64,000 nucleotides of DNA, taken from assembly GCA_035352635.1 (NCBI GenBank), contig DAOPYA010000004.1:3733-67732 (forward strand), in the 5' to 3' direction. The position numbers and the translations under genes were made by a program. Below are positions 29,249 to 38,430 of this stretch, in pieces. Below the pieces are notes generated by a model that saw nothing but the letters and a program-made list of their open reading frames with translations, did not search any database and was not told where the DNA came from. Position 1 is the stretch's first letter. Every line of letters starts with the position of its first letter. Source of the DNA: Candidatus Rifleibacterium sp. GTDB lineage: Bacteria; Muiribacteriota; Ozemobacteria; Ozemobacterales; Ozemobacteraceae.

Positions 29249-29816
29249 ACAAAAAAAAGCCGCATTTTCACTGCTTGAAACGATGATTGTCATAACCATC
29301 CTCGCATTGCTGCTTTCGGTTACCTATCGACTGCTCGTTTCAAGCCAGAAGGGCGCTCTGCATGGGCAGGAAGCTTCGATGCACCTTCTGGCAGGCGACA
29401 TTCTCGCACTGGCACTCGAAAGAGACTTTTGCAATGTGCTTCCTTTTCAGATCAATTCAGACAAAGGGAAAGTGGCCGGCCCGATTTCATTTTCGCCCGA
29501 CAACCTCGCTGCTGATTCGGTGCTTTTCTGGACTCTTGGCGAATCTGGCGTCAAACAGATACGCTACTCATTCGACCAGAAAAAAAAGGTTGTCATACGC
29601 GAAGAGGTCGATTCTACAGGCCAGGCAATCCGCAGCGAAAGGTTCGCCGAAGGCCTGGTGACCAATTTTGTCATCAATGATGAATCTAAAATTGCCGAAA
29701 CCATCAGGGTTAAGGTCGAAATGGAAGGGAAATCAAAGAAAACCATTGTCAACAGAGTGTTCTGCCACGGTCTAATCAACGAACAAGACTGCAAACACTG
29801 GATTTTTCATTTTTAA
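29241..29816 (+). CDS. Pseudopilin-like protein with a non-canonical prepilin leader
   Basis: The more likely start is the ATG at about 29241, overlapping the upstream stop (catgattaa). N-terminus MIKQKKAA|FSLLETMIVITILALLLSV: Phe+1, Glu+5, Ala at -1. The track ORF starts at 29199. Confidence 0.5.
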   Translation: MIKQKKAAFSLLETMIVITILALLLSVTYRLLVSSQKGALHGQEASMHLLAGDILALALERDFCNVLPFQINSDKGKVAGPISFSPDNLAADSVLFWTLGESGVKQIRYSFDQKKKVVIREEVDSTGQAIRSERFAEGLVTNFVINDESKIAETIRVKVEMEGKSKKTIVNRVFCHGLINEQDCKHWIFHF

Positions 29817-29920
29817 GCCTTATGCAAACACCGCTCCACTTTCGTTACTGCGCTGTCTGATAATGGCATTGTAAGAGAATGTGCAGAAAATACGCCGTAG
29901 AAATTCCTATTTAAAAAGAG

Positions 29921-29929
29921 TGGTATAAT
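29921..29929 (+). promoter_or_regulatory. Possible extended -10 promoter element (TGgTATAAT) upstream of the 30020 gene
   Basis: TGGTATAAT sits about 90 nt upstream of the ATG at 30020. No convincing -35. Confidence 0.25.
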
Positions 29930-30019
29930 TTAGCGAAGATCAGCAAGTATGATTTTTTTCAAGGCAAAGTATCTCAGGTCGAAAGGAGCAGCATCAGCAC
30001 TGTCGATGCTTCATAAATC

Positions 30020-30772
30020 ATGATACAAGACCCCTGCGCCCGCATCAGATTTTCCAGTGCAGCATTGATCACCTTTGTTCTGCTGCTGACGTGTTCATCT
30101 GCGTTGTTGGCGCAACTGCCGCTCCCGCCTTTGCCATTTCCCGATCCTTTTGGCATTTTTGGCAACACCAACGAAGAACAGGATAAAGCAATCGACGGGA
30201 TCGTCGGCGTTGGCATGACCAGAAACCCCACCGGAACCGCCCCATACGGCACAACTTCTTCTGGTGAACCCTTCTGGCCCGTTCCCGAGCCTGAACCAGC
30301 CAAAACCGTGATAGGCGTCGTCGAAACCGGCAAAGCCACCCCGGCTGCGCTCACCAGCCCTGCCACTGCTGGTCAGGTCAGCAACGAAAAGCATAATGCC
30401 ACCATCAATTGCCTGATCGCCCGAAACAGCTTTGAGGGGGGCAACATCAGCCCATTAGTCAACAAAACCCTGATCGTCGGCGAAAAATCAAATCTGCCGG
30501 GCAGGCCGGCCGAAGAGTTCTCAGAAAAAGAGCTCGCCGCCATGCAGTATTCATTTATCTACGACCTGCAGCGCCATGCCAGATTTATCTACGAAGGCAA
30601 AAATGCCATGGCCGCTGCCATTACCTGCAAGTGGAAACTGATTGGCAGTCAGCACGCCAATCAGATCGATGAGATCACCTTCAATATCGCGAACAAAAAT
30701 GGTTTTCCGAAATTCTCTTTGTGGATTGAATCGGTACTTGAACAAGACAGAAAATTCGTAGAGAATCCATAA
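30020..30772 (+). CDS. Secreted hypothetical protein (250 aa)
   Basis: Signal peptide MIQDPCARIRFSSAALITFVLLLTCSSALLA, then a Pro-rich stretch QLPLPPLPFPDPFG. No known motif. Confidence 0.5.
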   Translation: MIQDPCARIRFSSAALITFVLLLTCSSALLAQLPLPPLPFPDPFGIFGNTNEEQDKAIDGIVGVGMTRNPTGTAPYGTTSSGEPFWPVPEPEPAKTVIGVVETGKATPAALTSPATAGQVSNEKHNATINCLIARNSFEGGNISPLVNKTLIVGEKSNLPGRPAEEFSEKELAAMQYSFIYDLQRHARFIYEGKNAMAAAITCKWKLIGSQHANQIDEITFNIANKNGFPKFSLWIESVLEQDRKFVENP

Positions 30773-30799
30773 AGAAATCAAATAATCTGGAGGCAATTT

Positions 30800-31261
30800 A
30801 TGAAAAGACCTTTGGCGAACTTGTCTGTGTTTGTGGTTCTTGCCCTTTTGTGCTGCAATGGGGCTTTTTCGCAGACCATTAACAACAATAATACCAACGC
30901 CCAGCCGCAACAGCAGCAGGGTTTTGGCGGCTGGGGCGGTTGGATGGCATTTCTACCCTTCCCATTGCCACCGATTCCACTGCCGTTCTTCGGCGGTTTC
31001 GGAATGGGTGCAGGGGCCGGCGGCCAACAGGGAGCCAACAATAACCAGAATGTGGTGGTGAACGGCGGCGGCAATCAAGATAACACCCAGATGATGGAAA
31101 TGATGAAGCAGATTCTGGAACTTCTGCAGAAACGGCAGAACGAAGACAACGCCTCAAACAGCTACCCGGTTGAAAATACCGAAGAAACTGCTTCTGGCAC
31201 AGCCGTTCAAGATACTACCGAGAACGAATCTCAGACTGGCGAAGGCGCTCTTAACGAGTAA
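30800..31261 (+). CDS. Small secreted low-complexity Asn/Gln/Gly-rich protein
   Basis: Signal peptide MKRPLANLSVFVVLALLCCNGAFS. The mature part is TINNNNTNAQPQQQQGFGGWGGW...GGQQGANNNQNVVVNGGGNQDN followed by an acidic tail. A perfect terminator hairpin follows immediately. Confidence 0.5.
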   Translation: MKRPLANLSVFVVLALLCCNGAFSQTINNNNTNAQPQQQQGFGGWGGWMAFLPFPLPPIPLPFFGGFGMGAGAGGQQGANNNQNVVVNGGGNQDNTQMMEMMKQILELLQKRQNEDNASNSYPVENTEETASGTAVQDTTENESQTGEGALNE

Positions 31262-31265
31262 TATC

Positions 31266-31307
31266 AGAGAAAGAGCCATCTCATATTGAGATGGCTCTTT
31301 CTTTTTT
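31266..31307 (+). terminator. Strong rho-independent terminator
   Basis: Perfect inverted repeat AGAGAAAGAGCCATCTC / GAGATGGCTCTTTCT with a 5-nt loop, followed by TTTTTT. Confidence 0.7.
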
Positions 31308-31330
31308 CAGGCTTTTAAAAATAGCTGCAT

Positions 31331-33259
31331 TTATTTCATGGTTTTCCAGCTCAGGTGCAGGTATTCGCTGCCGGCTTCTTTAACTTCGCCGATCGTGTTG
31401 TCGCCTTCCATCCAGACGGTCGAAGTTTTGCCGGCTTCATCAGTGACTGTGTAGAAGCATTTGCACTCAAAAATTTTGCCAAGCGGCATGCTGACACATA
31501 CTTCGTATTCATCATCGGCAACCGGCAGCATCGGCAGGCTCTTCGCCTGGTTCCAGGCGCCCAGCTCATCAGCGTTACCGGTAACAAATACTTTAGCTTT
31601 TTCAGGCAGATAATCGACCTTCAGTTTGAGAACGATATTTTTGCTGCCCCAGCTCTTCTCATGATGAAAACGCTTCTGCCAGTGTCTGAAAGTTTTTTCG
31701 TAAAAGCCCGGTTCTGATTGTGGCAGATAAACTGCAAAACTTCTGGCCGGCAGATAGGTTTCAAACCTGCCATCGCGCAGAATAGCCCGGTTAGAGCCAA
31801 GCGATGCGTCGAGAATTTTACGATTTCCAAAAATGTTGAACGGCAAGGCACATTCGATCTGCCTTGGCTGCGCATCGTTATTTATGGCAACCAGAGCCAG
31901 GGAATCAGGGGTAAGACGCCCATAAACGCAGGCTGTGCTATCAGCGAAGACGTGACACTGCAACCCACGCCTGAGTGCTTCACTGCTGCGCCGCAAAGCG
32001 ATCAACTGCCTGGTCAGGTCAAACAGGTCACTGCCTGTGTCGAACTGCATCGAACGGCGGTTTTCGGGCAATTTGCCGTGAGCGCCCTCGAGACCGTTCT
32101 CGTCACCATAACAGAGCACCGGAATGCCCCTTGAGGTCAGCAGAAACGCCAGGGCCAGCGCATATTTTTGCCGGTCGCCGCCGCACGAGGTGATAAAACG
32201 GTCAAGATCATGGTTGTCGAGAAAGGTTGCCAGCAGCCCGGCGTCAGGGTAGTTTCGATCAAAATAGAGTCGTGAAGCCAGTTGGCGACAATCGCCGCCT
32301 TCGGCGAACACTGATTTCATAGTGTAATAGAGAGGAAAATCGAAAAGGCTGTTAAATCCACCGTCGTTCCATATCTGGTTAACTTCGGCCGGGTCACCGT
32401 TCAGATACTCACCAAGCAGCAAAAAGTCTTTGCCCCCCAGGCGGGTCGCATTGGCATTAAAATCACGCCAGAAATCGGCCGGCACATGCTTTACGGCGTC
32501 GAGCCTGAAGCCATCGGGGCGTAGACGGTCGATCCAGTGGCGGGCCACGAGTCTAAAAAAGGTTTTTACAACTGATTTCTGTGAGGCAAAATCGGGCAGA
32601 CCAAAGATACATCTGTTCAACAATTCATTTTTATCGTTCCAGTTTTTTATCTCTTCAGAAGGGTTAAACCAGTCAGGGTTTGCCTTGATAAATGGCGCAT
32701 CGTAACCCATGTGGTTCACCACCATGTCGAGCAGCAGTTTTTTATGACGGCGAGTCAGTTCACCCCGCAGTGCCACCAGTTCTGCTTCGCTGCCGAACCG
32801 TTGATCTACTGACCAGAAATCATGCGGCCAGTAGCCATGATAAGCACCCTGTTTAAAAAATCTGTCAGGGCGGTTACTGAAAAAAGGGCTTAACCAGACG
32901 CCGGTCACGCCAAGCTTATCAAGGTAATCGAGCTTCGTAATCAACCCGGCAATATCACCACCGTGAAAACTCTCAAGATCGTTTTGGTCAGTATCGCGAT
33001 CATTGCTCTGGTCGCCATTGGCAAAGCGGTCGAGCAGCACGAAATAAAGTATCTGATCTTTCCAGCTGTCAAGATCGGCTGAATTATCAGCCCCAGATGC
33101 TGCCAAGAAGGGCAAAAGATTGAAAATCAACAATAAGGCGCAAAGTTTTTTCATAAAAAGCTCAACCTTCCGTATTTCGGTCGCCAGCAGGCTTTTTGCC
33201 GCGATCACTGACTGCATAAATATGGCAACCCGGCTGATAGCCCGGGGGCCATTGATCAA
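31331..33259 (-). CDS. Secreted GH13 alpha-amylase family glycosidase with a C-terminal beta-domain
   Basis: GH13 conserved regions DMVVNHMG, GFRLDAVKHV, LLGEYL, FLDNHD. Signal peptide MKKLCALLLIFNLLPFLAASGA. The more likely start is the ATG near 33153. The track ORF starts at an upstream TTG (33259). Confidence 0.8.
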   Translation of the reverse strand: MINGPRAISRVAIFMQSVIAAKSLLATEIRKVELFMKKLCALLLIFNLLPFLAASGADNSADLDSWKDQILYFVLLDRFANGDQSNDRDTDQNDLESFHGGDIAGLITKLDYLDKLGVTGVWLSPFFSNRPDRFFKQGAYHGYWPHDFWSVDQRFGSEAELVALRGELTRRHKKLLLDMVVNHMGYDAPFIKANPDWFNPSEEIKNWNDKNELLNRCIFGLPDFASQKSVVKTFFRLVARHWIDRLRPDGFRLDAVKHVPADFWRDFNANATRLGGKDFLLLGEYLNGDPAEVNQIWNDGGFNSLFDFPLYYTMKSVFAEGGDCRQLASRLYFDRNYPDAGLLATFLDNHDLDRFITSCGGDRQKYALALAFLLTSRGIPVLCYGDENGLEGAHGKLPENRRSMQFDTGSDLFDLTRQLIALRRSSEALRRGLQCHVFADSTACVYGRLTPDSLALVAINNDAQPRQIECALPFNIFGNRKILDASLGSNRAILRDGRFETYLPARSFAVYLPQSEPGFYEKTFRHWQKRFHHEKSWGSKNIVLKLKVDYLPEKAKVFVTGNADELGAWNQAKSLPMLPVADDEYEVCVSMPLGKIFECKCFYTVTDEAGKTSTVWMEGDNTIGEVKEAGSEYLHLSWKTMK

Positions 33260-33322
33260 TTCAACTTTGTTTTCAGAACTTCATGTATTGCCAGCATTAT
33301 ACCAATTACAAATTCAGAAAAA

Positions 33323-33351
33323 TTGATAAATTTGCTGATTTTGCATAGAAT
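33323..33351 (+). promoter_or_regulatory. Sigma70-like promoter for the methyltransferase/NUDIX/buk/ptb block
   Basis: TTGATA, a 17-nt spacer, then TAGAAT, about 30 nt upstream of the ATG at 33382. Confidence 0.4.
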
Positions 33352-33381
33352 AACGCAAATTAATGCCTCAGAAAGAATCAA

Positions 33382-34557
33382 ATGCAAACAGTTCAGCTGA
33401 CTCTGAAAAAAAATAAAGAATTCTCTTTGATCAAAGGTCATCCATGGGCCTACGCCGAAGCTTTTCGCGAAATCCCGCCCGGCATTAAAACCGGCGATTG
33501 TATCGAAGTTTTTTCGCATCGCCAGCAGTATCTCGGTCTCGGCTACGCCGATATTGACTCAAAAATTCTGGTGAGAATGCTGCCCATCAGCCGCGATGAA
33601 AAGCTTGAAGCCGGGGTTATCAGGCTGGTCAAACAGGCCGTCGCCCACCGTCTTGAGTTTTTCAACAATTCAGACACTAACGCTTTCAGGCTGATTAACG
33701 GCGAAGGTGATGGCCTGCCCGGTCTGATCGCTGATCGCTATGCCGGAGCAATTTCTTTGCAGATTTATTCGCTTGGTCTTGAACAATTTGTTGGCCCTGT
33801 TTTAAAAGCCATGTGCTCTTCGATTGACGGCATCAAATGGGTCTGGCGGCGCAACCAGATCAGGCTGGCAAAAACAGCCGCTGCCGAATTAATCTTTGGT
33901 AGCAAAATGCCAGAAAAGATCGAGTTCAGAGAGAATGGCCTCAAATTCACTACCGATCTGGTCAACGGCCAGAAGACCGGTTTTTTTCTTGACCAGCGTG
34001 ATAATCGCCAGTTGATCAGAACCGTGGCCCGAAATCGCTCTTTTCTTAACCTCTGCGGCTACACCGGCGCCTTCACCGTTGCAGCGATTGCGGGCGGCGC
34101 CCGCGAAACCGTTACGGTTGATCTGGCAAAACCGGCGCTGCTTGAGGCTGAACAGATTCTTAAATTGAACGGCTATCTCAACAACAACCACAAAATGGTG
34201 GCCGCCGACATGTATGATTATCTTAAATCCTGCCGGCCAGGCAGTTTCGATCTGGTAGTTATCGACCCGCCATCAATGGCCAAGAGCCGCAAAGACTCCG
34301 AAAAGGCCATTCGTGCCTACCGGCGTTTGAATCTTGATGGCGTAAAGGTTGTCAAGCCAGGTGGCATGCTCTTTACCGCTTCATGCACCAGTCAGGTGTC
34401 ACGCAGCGAGTTTCTCGAAGCAGTGCGTGATGCCGTCGCCTCAGCCGGGCGGCGTGCCCAGATCATTCACGAATCTTTCCATGCCCCCGACCATCCGATC
34501 GCCTTGGCACACCCTGAAGGCCAGTATCTTAAAGGCCTGCTGCTAAAGATTTATTAA
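33382..34557 (+). CDS. Class I SAM-dependent rRNA methyltransferase (RlmI/RlmK-like, PUA plus MTase)
   Basis: N-terminal PUA-like region, the SAM-binding motif FLNLCGYTGAFTVAAIAGGA, and an acidic DPPS motif (LVVIDPPSMAKS). 391 aa, matching RlmI size. Confidence 0.6.
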   Translation: MQTVQLTLKKNKEFSLIKGHPWAYAEAFREIPPGIKTGDCIEVFSHRQQYLGLGYADIDSKILVRMLPISRDEKLEAGVIRLVKQAVAHRLEFFNNSDTNAFRLINGEGDGLPGLIADRYAGAISLQIYSLGLEQFVGPVLKAMCSSIDGIKWVWRRNQIRLAKTAAAELIFGSKMPEKIEFRENGLKFTTDLVNGQKTGFFLDQRDNRQLIRTVARNRSFLNLCGYTGAFTVAAIAGGARETVTVDLAKPALLEAEQILKLNGYLNNNHKMVAADMYDYLKSCRPGSFDLVVIDPPSMAKSRKDSEKAIRAYRRLNLDGVKVVKPGGMLFTASCTSQVSRSEFLEAVRDAVASAGRRAQIIHESFHAPDHPIALAHPEGQYLKGLLLKIY

Positions 34558-34558
34558 T

Positions 34559-34993
34559 ATGCAATCCCCAAAAACCATAGATGTGGCAGCGGCTGTTCTG
34601 ATTCATAACCACAAAGTTCTGCTCGCGAAGCGCCGGGGCGGCTACCTCGACAACCTGTGGGAATTTCCGGGCGGCAAGCTCGAAAAAAATGAATCAGCCG
34701 AACATGCCGCCCGCCGCGAACTGCACGAAGAACTCGACATAAGCATTGTCCCCGAAAACACTCTACTGGTGCTTGAGCATGCCTACCCTGATATTACGGT
34801 GCGCCTGCATTTTGTCAAATGCCGACTGACTGAAAAGCCAGAAGCCTGCATTCATAAAACAGCCTCTAACCCAGAAGTTGGCTGGTTCACCCCTGAACAA
34901 TTCCCGCTCGAACAGTTCTGCCCGGCCGACCGTATAGCCGCGCAGCAACTTCAATGGCCACAAATAGTAATTCGCGAGGAAAGAAATGACTGA
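34559..34993 (+). CDS. NUDIX hydrolase (MutT-like)
   Basis: NUDIX box GGKLEKNESAEHAARRELHEELDI. 144 aa. Confidence 0.75.
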   Translation: MQSPKTIDVAAAVLIHNHKVLLAKRRGGYLDNLWEFPGGKLEKNESAEHAARRELHEELDISIVPENTLLVLEHAYPDITVRLHFVKCRLTEKPEACIHKTASNPEVGWFTPEQFPLEQFCPADRIAAQQLQWPQIVIREERND

Positions 34994-36056
34994 AAAACCC
35001 CTTATTCTGGTTATTAACCCCGGCTCAACTTCAACCAAGGTCGCACTATTTAAAGGCGAAGAAGAGCTGAAAGAGCTGGACATATCACATTCTACGGCTG
35101 ATCTGGCCGGTTTCCACAGTAGTCTTGAGCAGCTCGACTTTCGCTTTCGCGCCGTTGAAGAAGCTCTCAAAAACTGGGGATGCCAGCCGGCAGACCTAAA
35201 AGCGGTCATCGGGCGCGGCGGCCCGCTTAAACCGCTGGCCGGCGGCGTCTATCACGTTGGTGAATCGCTGAATGCCGACCTGCGGTCGGGCAAGCTTGTC
35301 GATCACGTTTCAGTGCTCGGCGGCCTGATCGCCTGCAAAATAGCCGATGAAGCAAAAATTCCCGCATATATAGCCGATCCAATTTCTACCGATGAATTCA
35401 CAGAAGTCGCCAGAATCAGCGGTTCGCCAGAACTGCCACGCATCTCACTGGTGCATGCCCTCAATATCAAAGCCGTAGCCGCAGAAGTCGCCAGCGAAGA
35501 AGGGCACAAAATCGAAGATGTGAATTATATCATCGCTCATCTTGGCGGCGGGTTCTCTATTTCGCCATATCAAAAAGGCAAACTGATTGATGCCAACAAC
35601 GCCAACGATGCCGGCCCGATGTCGCCAGAACGCTGCGGAACCGTGCCGTTGCAGGGTTTATTGAAACTCTGCTTCAGTGGTAAATATCAATACGCCGAAC
35701 TGAGAAAAAAGCTGCTCGGTCGGGGCGGTTTGTTCGCACACCTGGGCACATCTGACTGCCGCGATATCTCGAAAATGATTGAAGCAGGAGACGAAAAAGC
35801 CAAACTGGTGCTTGAAGCTATGGCTTATCAGATCGCCAAAGAAATTGGCGCCATGGCCACCGTTCTCAAGGGCAAGGTCGATGCCATAGTTCTGACCGGT
35901 GGGGTGGCTAATAACCCTTACGTGGTAAAATGGGTCACCGAAAGAGTTTCGTTCATTGCTCCGGTCAAGGTTAAACCTGGCCAGAAAGAACTCAAGGCGC
36001 TGGCGATCCACGCCACCCGCGCCCTCGCTGAGCCTTCAATTGTCAAAGAATATTAA
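34986..36056 (+). CDS. buk: Butyrate kinase
   Basis: N-terminus LILVINPGSTSTKVALF and ASKHA-superfamily acetate/butyrate kinase motifs. 356 aa. It overlaps the NUDIX gene by 8 nt. Confidence 0.85.
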   Translation: MTEKPLILVINPGSTSTKVALFKGEEELKELDISHSTADLAGFHSSLEQLDFRFRAVEEALKNWGCQPADLKAVIGRGGPLKPLAGGVYHVGESLNADLRSGKLVDHVSVLGGLIACKIADEAKIPAYIADPISTDEFTEVARISGSPELPRISLVHALNIKAVAAEVASEEGHKIEDVNYIIAHLGGGFSISPYQKGKLIDANNANDAGPMSPERCGTVPLQGLLKLCFSGKYQYAELRKKLLGRGGLFAHLGTSDCRDISKMIEAGDEKAKLVLEAMAYQIAKEIGAMATVLKGKVDAIVLTGGVANNPYVVKWVTERVSFIAPVKVKPGQKELKALAIHATRALAEPSIVKEY

Positions 36057-36089
36057 TCCTTATCAGAAAAGCACAAGCAAGGAGAGAAT

Positions 36090-36977
36090 ATGAATTTTGC
36101 TGATGTCGATAAAATTTTAGGCGCACGCCGTGTGCCACTCGCCGTATGCATGCCCGAAGAAGTCGATACGGTTGCCGCCGCCTATGAAGCCAGCAATATG
36201 GGCTTTGTCGATTGTCTTTTCGTCGGCAACCCTGAAGTCATCAAGGCTATCATCGATAAGGTGGCGCCAGGCTTCAAACCCGAAATAATACCGGCCACCA
36301 CCCCTGAAGAAGCGGCTTTCAAATCGGTTGAACTGGTTCGCAACAACAAGGCCAGTGCGCTGATGAAGGGTAATATCTCAACGCCAACCCTTCTCAAGGC
36401 GATATTGAATTCAGAGACCGGCATAAAAAAGTCTGATGTTCTCTCGCACGTTCTGGTGTTCGAATGGGAAAACAGTCTGCGCTTTCTCACCGATGGCGGG
36501 ATGATCCCCCACCCGACTCTCGAAGAAAAAATCGAACTGATCAACAATGCCAAAGCTCTGGCAAAAAAGCTTGGCTGCGAAATCCCGAGAGTCGCAGTTC
36601 TTTCATCAGTTGAGAAAGTGAACCCCAAGATTCAGTCTACTCTTGACGCCGCTATACTCGCCAAAATGGGCGAACGCGGCCAGTTTGGCAAAGACTGCAT
36701 CGTCGATGGCCCGCTCGCTCTTGATAACGCCATTTCCCTTGAATCGGCCCACCACAAAGGTCTGTTCAATGAAGTTGTAGGAAAGGCTGATATTTTAATA
36801 GCTCCCGACATCGATACCGGCAATATCCTCGGAAAAACCCTGCTCTATTTTGGCAATGTTCAGGCCGGCGGCATGATCATCGGGGCGAGGTGCCCGGTAG
36901 TGCTGCTTTCAAGATCTGATGACCGGCAGACTCGCATAAACTCTATCAAACTTGCCCTGGCAGCCGGAAAAATGTAA
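36090..36977 (+). CDS. ptb: Phosphate butyryltransferase / phosphate acyltransferase
   Basis: 295-aa phosphotransacylase (Pta/Ptb) fold directly downstream of buk. Confidence 0.75.
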   Translation: MNFADVDKILGARRVPLAVCMPEEVDTVAAAYEASNMGFVDCLFVGNPEVIKAIIDKVAPGFKPEIIPATTPEEAAFKSVELVRNNKASALMKGNISTPTLLKAILNSETGIKKSDVLSHVLVFEWENSLRFLTDGGMIPHPTLEEKIELINNAKALAKKLGCEIPRVAVLSSVEKVNPKIQSTLDAAILAKMGERGQFGKDCIVDGPLALDNAISLESAHHKGLFNEVVGKADILIAPDIDTGNILGKTLLYFGNVQAGGMIIGARCPVVLLSRSDDRQTRINSIKLALAAGKM

Positions 36978-38358
36978 GCAATCTGGTAATACAGATAATT
37001 GCCGCCCGGCTCAGCTTCAAAACCAGGCTGCCGGGTGGCAATTCAGCAAGCACCGGCCCGATGCGCCTATATAATCTGATAAAAACCCGCCCTGGCAGAT
37101 AGTTGCGCAGACGCTCATCACGCCAGTTTCGCAGCAAAACAGTATTTGGGTGCAATTCCCCGAAGACCCTGGTGGCCACGAAACATAGTTCACTCTTGCC
37201 GTCGTTTTCGTTCTTGTCTTTGAATATTGAATAAATATCAAAACTTGAGTCGATCTCGCGGATACGTGCCATTGTCTTTTGGGCTTTAAGCGGTTCGCAG
37301 GCGCGGATATGGCAACGGTACACCCCTGCCAGAGCCGTCAGGTTATTACCGTCAAAACTTAAAGCATCGAGAAACCTTCCAAGGGCCTGTTCGACTCTTG
37401 CCAGCTGAGTGGGGCTGCCCGGCTTTTCCATTTCGGCGCGGTTCAACTGGTCTAAGCCTTCGCGCAGATTCAGGTCAAAAATCTGCCCTTCAAGAGATTT
37501 TTTAAGGCGGTGCGCCCGAGAATTGGCCGGGTGATTTTTGATAACTGCCACGACACAGGCCTGCGATTCTTTGAGATGTTTCAGTTTTTGCAAGGCTTCA
37601 GCTTTTGACATCAGCAGGTCAGGGTTCAGCGGGTCGGTTTCGAGGCCGAGGTTAACGACCTCGATTACGGAATCATAATGGGCGCTCTCCTCATGTTTTT
37701 TGGCGGCGGCTATAATCGCATCAGATCTTTTGGCGACCTCAGATGACCAGTGTTTTTTGGCTTCTTTGGCACGGTCTTGAAAAAAGCTCTGATGCTCAGC
37801 GTTTTTTAGCTCGGTATAACACTGTATCAGCGCAGTAATCGATGACAGGTCATTGGGTTCAACCTCAAGAATACTCATAAACGCAGCGGCCAGATTGCCA
37901 AGCTCTTCATTGTGGCTCTGCCAGAAAGATTTGGCGTATGGGGTCGCACTCTCGCGGTCGTGAGCATCAGGATTCTCTTCTATGAACCGAGAAGTTTTGG
38001 CGATCAGCTGGTTCCAGAGGGCGCGGCATTTATTCAGAGCCGCTTCAACGCATTCCTGGCGTAGTCTCTCAAAATCATATTTATCATGCATGAAAACCGG
38101 CCATTCAAAATACAGTTTCTTGAAAATGGCGTAGGCTTCCTTTTTTTTGCCCTGCTTTTCATTGAGTCTCGCGAGACGGTAAAAATATGTTGCGGTTTCG
38201 CCGAGTTGCTTTTTAAGGTCTTCAAGCTGAGCATTTGCAGCATCAAACCTTTCAAGCAGAAGCGCATCCTCGAATGCCGAATTGAAATCTTTTTGCGCAT
38301 CAGTAAAGAACGCTCCGTCATCACCTTGTCCAACCGTAACTTTTGATTTTCCAGACAT
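36946..38358 (-). CDS. Helical-repeat (TPR-like) protein with a conserved Cys-containing C-terminal domain
   Basis: 470 aa, mostly alpha-helical repeat-like. The C-terminal 70 aa (CFVATRVFGELHPNTVLLRNWRDERL...GRVFIRLYRRIGPVLA) matches a C-terminal CF(I/V)AT...LRxFRD...GRxF(V/I)xxYY..SP module recalled from secreted/surface proteins. The 3' end overlaps ptb by 32 nt (convergent). Confidence 0.5.
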   Translation of the reverse strand: MSGKSKVTVGQGDDGAFFTDAQKDFNSAFEDALLLERFDAANAQLEDLKKQLGETATYFYRLARLNEKQGKKKEAYAIFKKLYFEWPVFMHDKYDFERLRQECVEAALNKCRALWNQLIAKTSRFIEENPDAHDRESATPYAKSFWQSHNEELGNLAAAFMSILEVEPNDLSSITALIQCYTELKNAEHQSFFQDRAKEAKKHWSSEVAKRSDAIIAAAKKHEESAHYDSVIEVVNLGLETDPLNPDLLMSKAEALQKLKHLKESQACVVAVIKNHPANSRAHRLKKSLEGQIFDLNLREGLDQLNRAEMEKPGSPTQLARVEQALGRFLDALSFDGNNLTALAGVYRCHIRACEPLKAQKTMARIREIDSSFDIYSIFKDKNENDGKSELCFVATRVFGELHPNTVLLRNWRDERLRNYLPGRVFIRLYRRIGPVLAELPPGSLVLKLSRAAIICITRLLTFFRLPGQV

Positions 38359-38404
38359 TTGTATCCTCAGCTTTTACTACTTTAATTTATTGCTCTCATG
38401 ATAC

Positions 38405-38410
38405 TATAAT
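38405..38410 (+). promoter_or_regulatory. Perfect TATAAT -10 element upstream of the yifB-like gene
   Basis: TATAAT sits about 20 nt upstream of the ATG at 38431 in a 72-nt divergent intergenic region. The -35 is weak. Confidence 0.25.
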
Positions 38411-38430
38411 TAATCGACATAAACAATTAA

